The position numbers and the translations under genes are program-made. This document shows, piece after piece, positions 28,091-38,418 of a DNA stretch of 64,000 nt. Below the pieces are notes generated by a model. That model did not search any database. It saw nothing but the letters and a program-made list of their open reading frames with translations, and was not told the origin of the DNA. Source of the DNA: Candidatus Latescibacterota bacterium (GTDB lineage Bacteria; Latescibacterota; UBA2968; UBA8231); assembly GCA_965219385.1 (NCBI GenBank), contig CBDCNM010000002.1:1170936-1234935 (forward strand), written 5' to 3'. Each line of letters begins with the position of its first letter. The stretch's first letter is position 1.

Positions 28091-31000
28091 CTACCTGCCA
28101 TGAGCACACAATTTTTTTATTTTTCCACTCTTCCAGATCGCATAGATCGCCGGGATGCACACCAGAGCCAGAACCGTCGAAGAAATCAAGCCCCCCACCA
28201 TGGGCGCGGCAATCCGTTGCATCACCTCCGACCCGGTGCCGTGGCCCCACATGATGGGGAGCAACCCGCCGATCGTAGAGCAGACCGTCATCAGGATGGG
28301 GCGGACGCGCAGGGCCGCTCCTTCAATGATCGCCTGGTTCAGATCGTCCTGGCTCTTCATACGGTCCTCTAGCTTCCAGGTATTGTACGAGTTGTCCAGA
28401 TACGTCAGCATCACCACCCCCAGTTCCGCGCTCAGGCCGGCCAGGGCGATGAAACCCACGGCCACGGCCACGCTCATGTTGTGGTCCAGAAGGTAGATCA
28501 GCCAGATCCCGCCCACCAGGGCAAAAGGCAGGGAGAACATCACGATCAGGCTCTCGGTGATGGTGCGGAAGTTCAGATACAGGAGCGTGAAGATTATGGC
28601 CAGGGTGATCGGCACCACCACCTGGAGTCGCTGCTGGGCCCGCTGCATGTACTCGTACTGGCCGCTCCAGGCCAGACTGTACCCGGGGGGGATCTCCACT
28701 TGTTCCAGCACCACCTGCTGGGCCCGCCGCACGTAGGTGCCCACGTCAATGTCCGCGATATCCACGTAGATCCAGGCGTTCAGGCGGGCGTTCTCGCTCT
28801 TGATCCCGGGCGGTCCTTTGCGGATCCGGATATCCGCCAGTTGTTCGATGGGAATCTGCGCTCCTGTCGGCGTGGGCACCAGGATCCGCCGCAGGGCCGG
28901 CAGGTTGTCCCTCAGTTCGCGCCCGTAGCGCAAATTCACCGGGTAGCGCTCCAGCCCTTCGACCGTGTAGGTGATATTCACGCCGCCCACCGCCGACATG
29001 ATCACGTCCTGCACATCCCCCACGGTCAGGCCGTAGCGGGCGGCTTTCTCGCGCCGGATCTCGAAGTCCAGGTAACTGCCGCCGCCGGCCACCCGTTCGG
29101 CGTACACACTCGAGGTTCCCGGAATCCGGCGCACCACCTCCTCGATTCGCTGGCCCACTCGCTCCAGGGTTTCCAGGTCGTCTCCGGCTACCTTGATGCC
29201 GACCGGGGTCTTGATCCCGGTGGACAGCATGTCGATCCGGGTCTTGATCGGCATGGTCCAGGCATTGGTCAGCCCCGGAAACTGGATGGCCTGGTTCAAC
29301 TCCTCCACCAGCTTCTCCGGGTTCATGCCAGGCCGCCACTCCTCTTCCGGTTTGAGCATGATGGTGGTCTCGATCATGGACAAGGGCGCCGGGTCCGTCG
29401 CCGTTTCGGCCCGGCCGATCTTGCCGAATACGTGGTGCACCTCCGGAAAGGTGCGGATGATCTTGTCGGTCTGTTGCAACAGCTCCCGGGCCTTGGTCAC
29501 CGATATGCCCGGCAGGGTGGTGGGCATGTAGAGCAGATCCCCCTCGTACAGGGGCGGCATGAACTCGGAGCCGATCTTTTCCATGGGAAAGACTCTATCG
29601 AGCTGGAGCAGCGCCCGGTATTGCAGGCTCCGGGGCTCGTCCGCAAAGCGCGAGACCACCATACTGTTGAACGGGAATACACTCGCGAACAGCACCATCC
29701 CACCTAAGACCACGATCGCCACCTTGTGGCGCAGCACCCACTCGATCAAGGGCCGGTACGCCCAGATCAACAGACGACTGAGCGGATTTCGGTGCTCGGG
29801 TACGATCCGTCCCCGGATGAAGAGCCCCATTAGCACCGGCACGATGGTGATGGCCAGCAGGGCGGAAGCGGCCATGGCATAGGTCTTGGTGAAGGCCAGG
29901 GGCTTGAACAACCGCCCCTCCTGGGCCTCCAGGGTGAAGACCGGCAGGAAGGAAAGCGTGACGATCAGCAGCGAATAAAACAGCGCCGGCCCTACCTCTC
30001 TGGAAGCGTCGAGGATGATCCGCCAGTGGTCCTTCGCGCCGCCCTCGCGCTCAATGTGCTTGTGGACGTTTTCGATCATGACTATGGCCGCATCCACCAT
30101 GACCCCGATGGCAATGGCGATCCCGCCCAGGGACATGATATTGGCGTTGAGGCCCTGGTAGTGCATCACAAAGAACGAAATCAGGATGCCCACCGGCAGG
30201 GTGAAGATGGCCACGAAGGCGCTGCGAAAATGCAGCAGGAAGAGGATGCACACCAGGGCCACGATGATGCATTCCTCGACCAGTTTCTCCTGTAAGTTGT
30301 CGATGGCGCGGTGGATCAGTCCCGCGCGGTCGTAGGCCGTGTGTACCACCACTCCCTCGGGCAACCCGGGTTTGAGTTCCTCCAGTTTTTCCTTCACCCG
30401 CTCGATCACGGCCAGGGCGTTTTCTCCGTAGCGCATCACCACGATCCCCCCCACGATCTCCCCCTGGCCGTTCCACTCGGCCAGGCCGCGCCGCAGCTCC
30501 GGGCCCAGCTGCACGGTGGCCATATCCCGTATCCGCACCGGGGTGCCGTTGGCGTCCACCCCTACCGGGATATGGCGGAGGTCTTCCAGCGACTTGATAT
30601 AACCCAGTCCCCGCACCATGAACTCGGTCTCGGCCATTTCTATCAGGCGGCCGCCCACGTCGTTGTTGCTGCGCTTGATGGCCGTCCGCACCTTCTGCAG
30701 GGGGATGTTGTAGGCCAGGAGTTTATTCGGATCTACCGTCACCTGGTACTGCTTCACAAACCCCCCGATGCCGGCCACCTCAGAGACCCCGGGCACGCCG
30801 GTCAACTCGTAGCGCAGGTACCAATCCTGGATCGAGCGCAATTCGGCCAGGTCGCGTTTGCCGGTGGTGTCTTCCAGGACGTACTCGTAGACCCAGCCCA
30901 CGCCGGTGGCGTCGGGCCCCAGCTTGGGGCTGACTCCCCGGGGCAGCCGGTCGCTGACGAAGTTGAGGTACTCCAGCACCCGGCTGCGCGCCCAGTAGAT

Positions 31001-31306
31001 ATCGGTGCCGTCTTCAAAGATCACGTACACGAACGACAGTCCGAAGAAGGAATACCCCCGCACCACCTTGGCAAAGGGCACCCCCAGCATCGCCGTGGTC
31101 AGGGGATAGGTCACCTGGTCCTCCACCACCTGCGGGGCCTGGCCCGGGTACTTGGTGAGGACGATCACCTGTACATCCGACAGATCCGGAATCGCGTCCA
31201 GAGGCGTGCTGTACATGGCGTAGACCCCCGCTCCGATGACCAAGCCGGTCAGCAGGATGGTCGCGAATTTGTTGTTGATGCTTGTCTCGATGATCCAGTT
31301 AATCAT
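28091..31306 (-). CDS. cusA: Heavy-metal efflux RND transporter, CusA/CzcA family
   Basis: 1071 aa. HME-RND N-terminus MINWIIETSINNKFATILLTGLVIGAGVYA. The architecture is 12 TM helices plus large periplasmic loops. Confidence 0.9.
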   Translation of the reverse strand: MINWIIETSINNKFATILLTGLVIGAGVYAMYSTPLDAIPDLSDVQVIVLTKYPGQAPQVVEDQVTYPLTTAMLGVPFAKVVRGYSFFGLSFVYVIFEDGTDIYWARSRVLEYLNFVSDRLPRGVSPKLGPDATGVGWVYEYVLEDTTGKRDLAELRSIQDWYLRYELTGVPGVSEVAGIGGFVKQYQVTVDPNKLLAYNIPLQKVRTAIKRSNNDVGGRLIEMAETEFMVRGLGYIKSLEDLRHIPVGVDANGTPVRIRDMATVQLGPELRRGLAEWNGQGEIVGGIVVMRYGENALAVIERVKEKLEELKPGLPEGVVVHTAYDRAGLIHRAIDNLQEKLVEECIIVALVCILFLLHFRSAFVAIFTLPVGILISFFVMHYQGLNANIMSLGGIAIAIGVMVDAAIVMIENVHKHIEREGGAKDHWRIILDASREVGPALFYSLLIVTLSFLPVFTLEAQEGRLFKPLAFTKTYAMAASALLAITIVPVLMGLFIRGRIVPEHRNPLSRLLIWAYRPLIEWVLRHKVAIVVLGGMVLFASVFPFNSMVVSRFADEPRSLQYRALLQLDRVFPMEKIGSEFMPPLYEGDLLYMPTTLPGISVTKARELLQQTDKIIRTFPEVHHVFGKIGRAETATDPAPLSMIETTIMLKPEEEWRPGMNPEKLVEELNQAIQFPGLTNAWTMPIKTRIDMLSTGIKTPVGIKVAGDDLETLERVGQRIEEVVRRIPGTSSVYAERVAGGGSYLDFEIRREKAARYGLTVGDVQDVIMSAVGGVNITYTVEGLERYPVNLRYGRELRDNLPALRRILVPTPTGAQIPIEQLADIRIRKGPPGIKSENARLNAWIYVDIADIDVGTYVRRAQQVVLEQVEIPPGYSLAWSGQYEYMQRAQQRLQVVVPITLAIIFTLLYLNFRTITESLIVMFSLPFALVGGIWLIYLLDHNMSVAVAVGFIALAGLSAELGVVMLTYLDNSYNTWKLEDRMKSQDDLNQAIIEGAALRVRPILMTVCSTIGGLLPIMWGHGTGSEVMQRIAAPMVGGLISSTVLALVCIPAIYAIWKSGKIKKLCAHGR

Positions 31307-31324
31307 GCCGCTTCCCCTCGAGCT

Positions 31325-32755
31325 CTAGTGCGTCTTGTGATCGTGACTTTCGTGCTCCATCTCCTCCATCTGCTGGCCCTCGTGCCCTTCTGCCACCGGT
31401 GCACCGGCCATACCGCTCACCGCAGCCTTCAAACTACTCTCCGAATCGATCAGGAACTGCGCCGAAGTGACGATCCGCTCTCCGGCGCGCACCCCCTCCA
31501 GCACCTGGTGCGAGCCGTTGGCCTCCACCCCCAGCTTTACCTCCCGCGGCTGGAACCGCCCCTCCCCCAGGGCCACCACTATGACATTGCGCTCACCCGA
31601 ACGAATCACCGCCTGGTCCGGTACAACCAGAGCATCCCGGGCCACCATGGATTCGATATCTACATTCGCGTACATCTCGGGCTTCAATTCCAGCTCGGGA
31701 TTGGCGAAACTCATCCTCACCTTGACGGTGCGCGTCCTGGACTCCAGAAACGGATAGACATAAGCCACCTGGCCGCGAAACACCTTGCCAGGCACATAAG
31801 GCAGCTCGACCTCGACTTTCTGGCCCTCTTCGATCCAGGGCAGCTCGTACTCGTAGATATCCGCGTAGACCCACACCCTGGAAAGATCCCCGATCCGGTA
31901 AAGGTGCTGTCCCGGCTGGATATACGCTCCTGCGAACACGGCCTTGTGGACCACGATCCCTTCCTGAGGCGAATAGACGATCATGGTCCGCTCGACCTGA
32001 CGCTTGTGTTCCAGGGCGGCGATCTGCTGGTCCGTGATATCCCAGTACCTCAGGCGCTGGGCCGACGCCACGAGCAAGTCTCTGGCCCCCTGTACCACCT
32101 CCTCGGCCGCACTTTGCTCCAGGCGCCGCATGTATTCCAGAGCGGTCAGGTACTCCTCCTGGGCCGCCACCAGTTCGGGGCTGTAGATCTCGAGGAGGGG
32201 CTGTCCTCTTTTCACCTCCTGGCCGGTATGGTCCACGAAGAGTTTTTCCACCCACCCGGCCACCTTGGTGTTCACATCGGTCATGCGGGTTTCGTCGTAG
32301 TCCACCCGCCCCACGGTGCGGACCTTGCGACTGAGAAGCCGCCGCTCCACCGGGGCGGTCTTCACCCCGATATTCTGCACCGTTATCGGGTCGATTCGCA
32401 CCGTGCCGGTCGCTTCCAGTTCGTCCTCGTAGACCGGGACCAGGTCCATGCCCATCGGCGATTTACCCGGCTTATCCGCGGTAAAACTAGGGTCCATGGG
32501 GGCGCGCCAGTAGGCGATCTTGCGCTCCCCCGCCGGCGGCGCTGCACCCCTGGGTTCGTCCTCGACCAAGTCCATGCCGCAGACGGGACAGCTCCCCGCA
32601 TTTTCCGCCGCGATCGTCGGGTGCATTGGACAGCGATAGGTCGCCTTCTCGCCCTCGTGCACCTGGGTTTGGGCCGCCGGAACTGTGGCGATCCGGATCC
32701 CCACGCCAACCCCGGCGCCCGCCGCGATCAGGATGATCAAAATGTATTTCAACAT
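31325..32755 (-). CDS. cusB: Efflux RND periplasmic adaptor (CusB-like) with N-terminal metal-binding motifs
   Basis: CPMHP…CPVCGM at the N-terminus. HlyD-like beta-barrel/lipoyl regions. His/Glu-rich C-terminal tail. Confidence 0.85.
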   Translation of the reverse strand: MLKYILIILIAAGAGVGVGIRIATVPAAQTQVHEGEKATYRCPMHPTIAAENAGSCPVCGMDLVEDEPRGAAPPAGERKIAYWRAPMDPSFTADKPGKSPMGMDLVPVYEDELEATGTVRIDPITVQNIGVKTAPVERRLLSRKVRTVGRVDYDETRMTDVNTKVAGWVEKLFVDHTGQEVKRGQPLLEIYSPELVAAQEEYLTALEYMRRLEQSAAEEVVQGARDLLVASAQRLRYWDITDQQIAALEHKRQVERTMIVYSPQEGIVVHKAVFAGAYIQPGQHLYRIGDLSRVWVYADIYEYELPWIEEGQKVEVELPYVPGKVFRGQVAYVYPFLESRTRTVKVRMSFANPELELKPEMYANVDIESMVARDALVVPDQAVIRSGERNVIVVALGEGRFQPREVKLGVEANGSHQVLEGVRAGERIVTSAQFLIDSESSLKAAVSGMAGAPVAEGHEGQQMEEMEHESHDHKTH

Positions 32756-32776
32756 GGCGTTCTTCCTTTGTGATTT

Positions 32777-34045
32777 TTAAAACAGACGCTTTCCCACCAC
32801 GGCTTCCACCTCGGCCAGGGATTTCTCGTACTCGATCAGATGGTGGTAATAGGCGATTTCGAAAGTGAACAGCTTTACCTGGCTGTCCAGCAAGGTGAGG
32901 AAGTCCACCTTGCCTACCTGGTACCCGGCCATGGTAGCGGCCAGGGACTGGTCCGCCTGGGGAATGATGGCCGTGCGGAACAGTGCCGCTTCCTCGCGAT
33001 GGGTCTGGATGTCTATGTGCAACTGCTGGATCTGCAGAAAAATCTGCTGTTTCATGGTTTCGTATTGCGCCTCGGCCGTCTTTCTCCTCAGCTGTGCTTC
33101 GAGCACCTGCTGGTCCTGCTTGCTCCCCTTGTAGATGGGTAGATTCAGCATCACCCCAAGGGAGAGAAAATCACTGCCCTCGACCGGGTCCGTGGCAAAA
33201 TCCCGCTGGCGGTACCCGAAACTGACGTCGAAATCGGGACGGTACTCCCGCCGCGCCAAGCCCTCCGCCACCTGCCACTTGTGGATATTCTCCTGCACGC
33301 CCCGCAGTTGCGGACGGTGTTCCAGGGCCATTTCCTGCAGGATTTCCACTCTGTAGTCAAAGGGCGTCTGGACGAGGGCTCCCGGCCGTCCCACCGGCGC
33401 CTGCGGCAGGCGGTTGAGCGCGGTATTCAGTCGGGCTTCGGCATGCCGGCGCCCCTGCCGCAAAAGGATCTGCCGATCCTTGAGGCTCGACAGGGAGACC
33501 TGGGCCTTCAGCACATCCTGTTGCAGCCCCTTTCCCACCGCGTACTTGGTCTGGGCGATGCGGACAAAGCCTTTGAGCAGGTCCTCGTTCTTGCGGGTGA
33601 TCTCTATGGAGCGGTCCAGGAAGGCCAGGCTGAAATAGGCCTGCTTGACCCTGTTCACGATGCTTCCCTCGCGGTCCAGGTAGGTCGCCTCGGCGGCTGC
33701 CGCCGCGTGTGCGGCCAGGCGTTCCCTCGCGGCCCGTTTGCCCCAGTAGGGCAGCTTTTGGCTGAACATCAGCTGCTTGCCGCTCATGGGCGAACTGGCA
33801 AAATCGAAATCGCTCAGGGGCACGTTGCTCAACTCGAACTTGAGCGTCGGGTCTGGCAAAGCCCCAGCCCGGGGTATGCGCGCCTTCTCCGCGGCCCAGT
33901 CGAGACGCAGGACGCTCAGGCCAGGATTGTTGGCCAGGGCCGCCTCGATCAAACCCTCCAGGTCCAGTTCGACTTGCGCTGCAGCCGGATGGGCCACCAG
34001 GCCTGCACAGAACATGGCCCCAAGAAGAAAAATCCATTTTAGCAT
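32777..34045 (-). CDS. TolC-family outer-membrane efflux protein (CusC-like)
   Basis: 422 aa with a signal peptide. The repeated helical/beta structure is typical of outer-membrane factor (OMF) channels. Confidence 0.8.
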   Translation of the reverse strand: MLKWIFLLGAMFCAGLVAHPAAAQVELDLEGLIEAALANNPGLSVLRLDWAAEKARIPRAGALPDPTLKFELSNVPLSDFDFASSPMSGKQLMFSQKLPYWGKRAARERLAAHAAAAAEATYLDREGSIVNRVKQAYFSLAFLDRSIEITRKNEDLLKGFVRIAQTKYAVGKGLQQDVLKAQVSLSSLKDRQILLRQGRRHAEARLNTALNRLPQAPVGRPGALVQTPFDYRVEILQEMALEHRPQLRGVQENIHKWQVAEGLARREYRPDFDVSFGYRQRDFATDPVEGSDFLSLGVMLNLPIYKGSKQDQQVLEAQLRRKTAEAQYETMKQQIFLQIQQLHIDIQTHREEAALFRTAIIPQADQSLAATMAGYQVGKVDFLTLLDSQVKLFTFEIAYYHHLIEYEKSLAEVEAVVGKRLF

Positions 34046-34191
34046 GGGTATTCCTTTTCGCGTACTTCCGCAATGAATGGTTCACTGGATCGACAAACTG
34101 CTGCCAGGATGCACTACACCGACGCCAAATTTTTTCAGGCCGGCTGCTGCTTAGAGTTATAAAACGGTGTGGCGTTGCCGAGAGGAATGGA

Positions 34192-34575
34192 TCAGATCAG
34201 GTAGGAATTCTTCAGCTGGTACAACGCCGACGGGGAGCCGGGTTCTCTGACCGAAAAATAGAGACTGGGATGGGAAGAAAGCCTGCAATCCGGACCTTTG
34301 GCAAAACCTGGAACAGTGGCCCAGGCAAAGGCTGTACGAGGCGGTTCTACGAGCGCGGGAGTCTCGTACTCACGCGACTCTGCGGCCGCTTGCAGCGTGC
34401 AGCAGCACCTCGCAACCAGACCAGGGCCGTCGTGGCTCGTCTTCCCGCCATGACAGGAATATGGATCCATCATCGTCGCGGCGCACGGCGTGCACGATGC
34501 GGCGATCCCGCCTGCCTGGAAAACCAGGAAGAAGCTCAAGCATATAGCGACCAGCACGCGCATAGCATTGCTCAA
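34192..34575 (-). CDS. Small secreted Cys/His-containing protein (possible periplasmic metal-binding protein), first gene of the efflux operon
   Basis: Signal peptide MRVLVAICLSFFLVFQAGGIAAS. Cysteines in CTPCAATMMDPYSCHGG…CCC. It is co-oriented just upstream of the OMF gene. Confidence 0.4.
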   Translation of the reverse strand: MSNAMRVLVAICLSFFLVFQAGGIAASCTPCAATMMDPYSCHGGKTSHDGPGLVARCCCTLQAAAESREYETPALVEPPRTAFAWATVPGFAKGPDCRLSSHPSLYFSVREPGSPSALYQLKNSYLI

Positions 34576-34923
34576 AGATCAGGTATTACATGGGGTATCT
34601 GTTCAAAAAAAATAGCGCCTGGGCGATATCTCGACCATGGTGGTCCCAGGCCCCTCTGGCCTTTGCAGCAGGACAGGCATGCCACACCGGTCCCCAAAAC
34701 CGGGACAGACGCGCCCCACCTCAATGAATATACACGCGATCCCGGGAAAATTCAAGAGACACCTCAACCCTCTTCAGGGCGCCTACTCATCTGCTGCTTC
34801 GCCCCCTCGCAGCCCACAACCCTGCTCGAAGGAGGCATATCCTCTGTGATATGCCGACTGAGGGCAACGCCGCCCACGCCGATTGCAACCGTGCGAGGCC
34901 CCCAGGGGGTTTTGAGATAGTCT

Positions 34924-35649
34924 CTAAAGAGTCCACCGCGTCTGCAACAGCCAGCCCGACGCAGTGTACACCGGCATCCAGGCCCAGCCGACCTTCTCAC
35001 CTTCCTCTTGCCGGGTCACCGCATGACCTGCCACAAGTCCCAGAACAGCCCCCCCTACCACATCGGAAAAAAAATGCCGCCTGTGGTGAATCCGCGAGAC
35101 CGGAACCATTGCCGTGAAAGCGTAGAGCGGTACCCCCAGGCACCACCCATAGCGCCGGCTCAACACCGTGGTCATGGCAAAGGCCGTGGCCGCATGACCG
35201 GATGGAAAGGAGAGCTTGTTGCTGCCGTCCGGGCGCGCTCGCCCCACCCCCAGCTTCAACGGAATCACCAGGGCATTGCTCAACACCAGGGCCCGCAAGA
35301 CCTCGGAGGATACCGCCTGCAAGGCAGGACGGTGCGTCCATCTGGCCAGGACCCAGGTACCCAGAGCCGTCGAGCCGCAGTATGTACTGGAACCATATAT
35401 ATCGCCCAGGTCCAGCACTCCCCGGAGCAGCGCATGTTCTCCCACGCGGCCTTCGATTTCGTCGTCCCACGGATGCGCCATACCCGCCGCCCCCAATCCC
35501 AGGACGACCAGGCCCAGGCTGGTGGGCGAAAGCAGGGCCCGAAAGTCCTGGTGCAACAAGTTTTTTTTTCTCTGTCCCTCTGCGGGGCCACCCAGCAACA
35601 GGATCAGACACAGGACCACGTTAACCGAGGGCATAATATGCAGCTGCAT
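34924..35649 (-). CDS. PAP2-family phosphatase (membrane)
   Basis: PAP2 motifs RARPDG…PSGH…SRIHHRRHFFSDV. Multiple TM segments. The likely start is ATG 35649 (MQLHIM…). The longer ORF in the track is a 5' extension that runs over the upstream motif. Confidence 0.75.
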   Translation of the reverse strand: MQLHIMPSVNVVLCLILLLGGPAEGQRKKNLLHQDFRALLSPTSLGLVVLGLGAAGMAHPWDDEIEGRVGEHALLRGVLDLGDIYGSSTYCGSTALGTWVLARWTHRPALQAVSSEVLRALVLSNALVIPLKLGVGRARPDGSNKLSFPSGHAATAFAMTTVLSRRYGWCLGVPLYAFTAMVPVSRIHHRRHFFSDVVGGAVLGLVAGHAVTRQEEGEKVGWAWMPVYTASGWLLQTRWTL

Positions 35650-35706
35650 TTTTAGAAGCCTGCTTAAAATCAGTACTTCACGGAATCGGCGGTTGACCGT
35701 GCGGGG

Positions 35707-35746
35707 CTTGAGGTCCAAATAGGTACGGGTATTTCGTAAAGTACTG
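35707..35746. promoter_or_regulatory. 40-bp conserved upstream motif (copy 2), about 58-97 bp upstream of the PAP2 start
   Basis: cttgaggtccaaataggtacgggtatttcgtaaagtactg. See 25035-25074. Confidence 0.45.
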
Positions 35747-36179
35747 AAAATTCCCGGTCGCGGGGTTCCTCTTTGCTGGCTTTCCCCCTCCGGTTCCTTC
35801 CCGCGGCCCAGGACGGAGTCTCGCCTTCCTGCTCCGTGCGGACGTTTTTGCTGGGAACGCATCGTTGCCATGAAGGCGAACCCCCCCGATCTCAAGGATC
35901 CTCTTTCGGCGCTTTGGGTCGGTGCCAGGACGTATTGGCGCGATATCATACAACGTCGGTCCTTGGATGAGACCGGTAAAGGAGTGCGCCTAGTCCTGCA
36001 TGTAAAAGGAAACGAAGAAGGCGCGCATTCCTCGAAATCGGCTGCGGCGTTTGGACCAGAAATGCTTGCGAACGCCAGCCCGGTTTGGTTATTTTCCTCC
36101 AGGATATTCCAACCCGGATCGCTCGAAAGCTACACACTCCGGCCGCTGCAATCAACCAACCCTTTTCCTGGAAAAAACC

Positions 36180-37211
36180 ATGCGGGCAGAAAAGCCGGGA
36201 AAAAAAATTGGCGTGCTGCTGGCCCAACTGGGCACTCCCGACGCCCCGACGCCCCAGGCCTTGCGCCCCTATCTCAAAGAATTCCTCTCGGATCCCCGGG
36301 TCATCGACCTGCACCCATTGAAGTGGTTGCCCATCCTCTACCTGGCCATCCTGCCCAGGCGCCCCGCGCGCTCGGCTCGGCTCTACCAGCGCATCTGGCA
36401 GTCCGCAGGCTCACCCCTGCTGATCCACTCCCGCGCCCAGGAAGAGGGCCTGCAGCAGCGCCTGGGGGATGCCTACCGGGTAATCCTGGGGATGCGCTAC
36501 GGCCGGCCCCCTATCGAGGAGGCCATGCAAACCCTGGCCGCGGAACAGATCGAACGCATCCTGGTCTTTCCCATGTTTCCCCAGTTCTCGGCCAGTACCA
36601 CCGGGTCGGTCTACGACGCGGTGAACCGCGCCGCTTTAGGGCGCCGCTGCCCCCTTTTCTTTGCTCGCCGGCGCCGCATGCCGACCTTGCGCTTTGTGCC
36701 GCCCTACTATGACCACCCGGCTTATATCGACGCCCTCAAGACCACCATCCAGGAGGCCGTGGAACGCCGCGGCAAACAGCCCGACCGCTACCTGATCACC
36801 TTCCACGGCATTCCCCAGCGCTACGTCGACGAAGGCGACCCTTACCGCCGGCACAGCGAAGAGACCGCCCGGCTCCTGGCCGCGGCCCTGGGACTGAAAC
36901 CCGAGCAGTGGGTTTGCGGTTTCCAGTCACGCTTCGGCAAGGAACCCTGGCTCCAGCCCTATACCGAGGATATTTTACGCGATCTGGGCGGCCAGGAGGT
37001 GCGCGACCTGGTGGCCGCCTGCCCGGGCTTTACCGCCGACTGCCTTGAGACCCTGGACGAGATCGGCCACCAAGGCGCCGTGCAGTTCAAGGAGGGCGGC
37101 GGAGAGGAGTTACACCTGGTCCCCTGCCTCAACAACCATCCGGCCTGGCTCGACGCCATGGCCGCCATTGCGCACCAGGAGAGTGCCGGGTGGGTCGCCC
37201 AATCCCCCTGA
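36180..37211 (+). CDS. hemH: Ferrochelatase
   Basis: The sequence KIGVLLAQLGTPDAPT…YLKEFLSDPRVI…ILVFPMFPQFS…ITFHGIP is the hallmark of ferrochelatase. The start is ATG 36180. Confidence 0.9.
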   Translation: MRAEKPGKKIGVLLAQLGTPDAPTPQALRPYLKEFLSDPRVIDLHPLKWLPILYLAILPRRPARSARLYQRIWQSAGSPLLIHSRAQEEGLQQRLGDAYRVILGMRYGRPPIEEAMQTLAAEQIERILVFPMFPQFSASTTGSVYDAVNRAALGRRCPLFFARRRRMPTLRFVPPYYDHPAYIDALKTTIQEAVERRGKQPDRYLITFHGIPQRYVDEGDPYRRHSEETARLLAAALGLKPEQWVCGFQSRFGKEPWLQPYTEDILRDLGGQEVRDLVAACPGFTADCLETLDEIGHQGAVQFKEGGGEELHLVPCLNNHPAWLDAMAAIAHQESAGWVAQSP

Positions 37212-37386
37212 AACCCTACCACTGGATACGGAAAAGCCCTGGATCGGCATGTGCGTCTGTACACCCCTTCAAGTAAAGAAGACGACAAAATAACTTGACA
37301 ACCCAGCTCCTTTTTTAGCATAATTCCTGCCATTCTAGTCAAGCTTTAGCGGTGTATACCCGGCCCTCATTTCCCCTGAATCCCCC

Positions 37387-38218
37387 ATGGATCGGCTGCC
37401 GGAAAACCTTGAGAAAAAACTGGTCAAACTGGGTGCCGCGCTCATTGACCAGAAACGCGCCTGGGTGCTGGTCGAACCGGCACAGGACAAACCCGGCTAC
37501 TGGTTCGGCGGCGGCAACATGGTGCGGGATCTCCGCGACGACAGTCTGCTGCTCATCGGCCGCTTTCGCGCTGCCGGCGACAGTCGCGTGGGTCTGGCCC
37601 AGGGTCCCAGGGGCCGCGAACTGGCCATCCTGCGCTCCCAGGACCATGGTCGCAGCTTTGCCAAGGTCCACTCCTGGGACAAATCCGATCTCTACTGCAA
37701 GTCCGCTGTCCTCAGCATCGAAGGCAGCGCCCTGCGCCTGAACAAACGGCGGGTGGAAGTCCTGGTATCCACGGAAAAGGTCCGCCCCTATCCCCGCCGC
37801 CTGACCGCCTACCAGAAACCGGGTACCGGCACCTGGAGCATCGATACCTTTGCCGCCTCCAGCCTCGAAAGGCTCAACCCCCAGGACAACATCCGCCCTT
37901 TGCTCTCACGGCGCCGAATGCCTGCACCAGCTGGAGTCCCACAAAAGCGCCGTAGAGCGTTCGCGGGGGTACTCCTGCGAGGAGGTAGGGGGCCTGGCCT
38001 ATGGCCTCGATGGACACTTCCCCCGGCTCCACCGCCTCAGCCGGCTCGCGCCCCTCTTTGTCTCGCCCGCGGGCACCGGCTGCAGTCGTTATGTCTCGAT
38101 CCTCTCGGAAGGAGATGGCAGCCTCTTCGCCTCCTGGCAGCATTCGGTCGAGACCAGGGCCCAGCCCCTGGTCGGATACCGCCTCACAGCCGGCCGGGTA
38201 GAAGCGATCCTGACTTAA
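37387..38218 (+). pseudogene. Hypothetical protein interrupted by a frameshift (two frames: 37387-~37900 and 37850-38218)
   Basis: The first frame is plausible for about 175 aa and then turns into low-complexity Pro/Arg sequence. An overlapping second frame gives a plausible C-terminus (…GGLAYGLDGHFPRLHRL…SWQHSVETRAQPLVGYRLTAGRVEAILT). This could be a genuine pseudogene or an indel sequencing error. Confidence 0.4.
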
Positions 38219-38418
38219 CCCATGGCCCCTGACCGCACCCTCAAGCCTGGGCGTGGCGGGCGACCATCTCCGACCACCGGGAGAACGGGGGCGTGACCAA
38301 CGTCGTCAGTACGCTGGACAAAGGGACGACTGTTTGCTGGGACATCTCAGCGAGCGCTCCGCGGCCGATATCGTAAAGCGCGTCGATAAAGACCAACTTT
38401 GCACCTATATTCTGGAGG

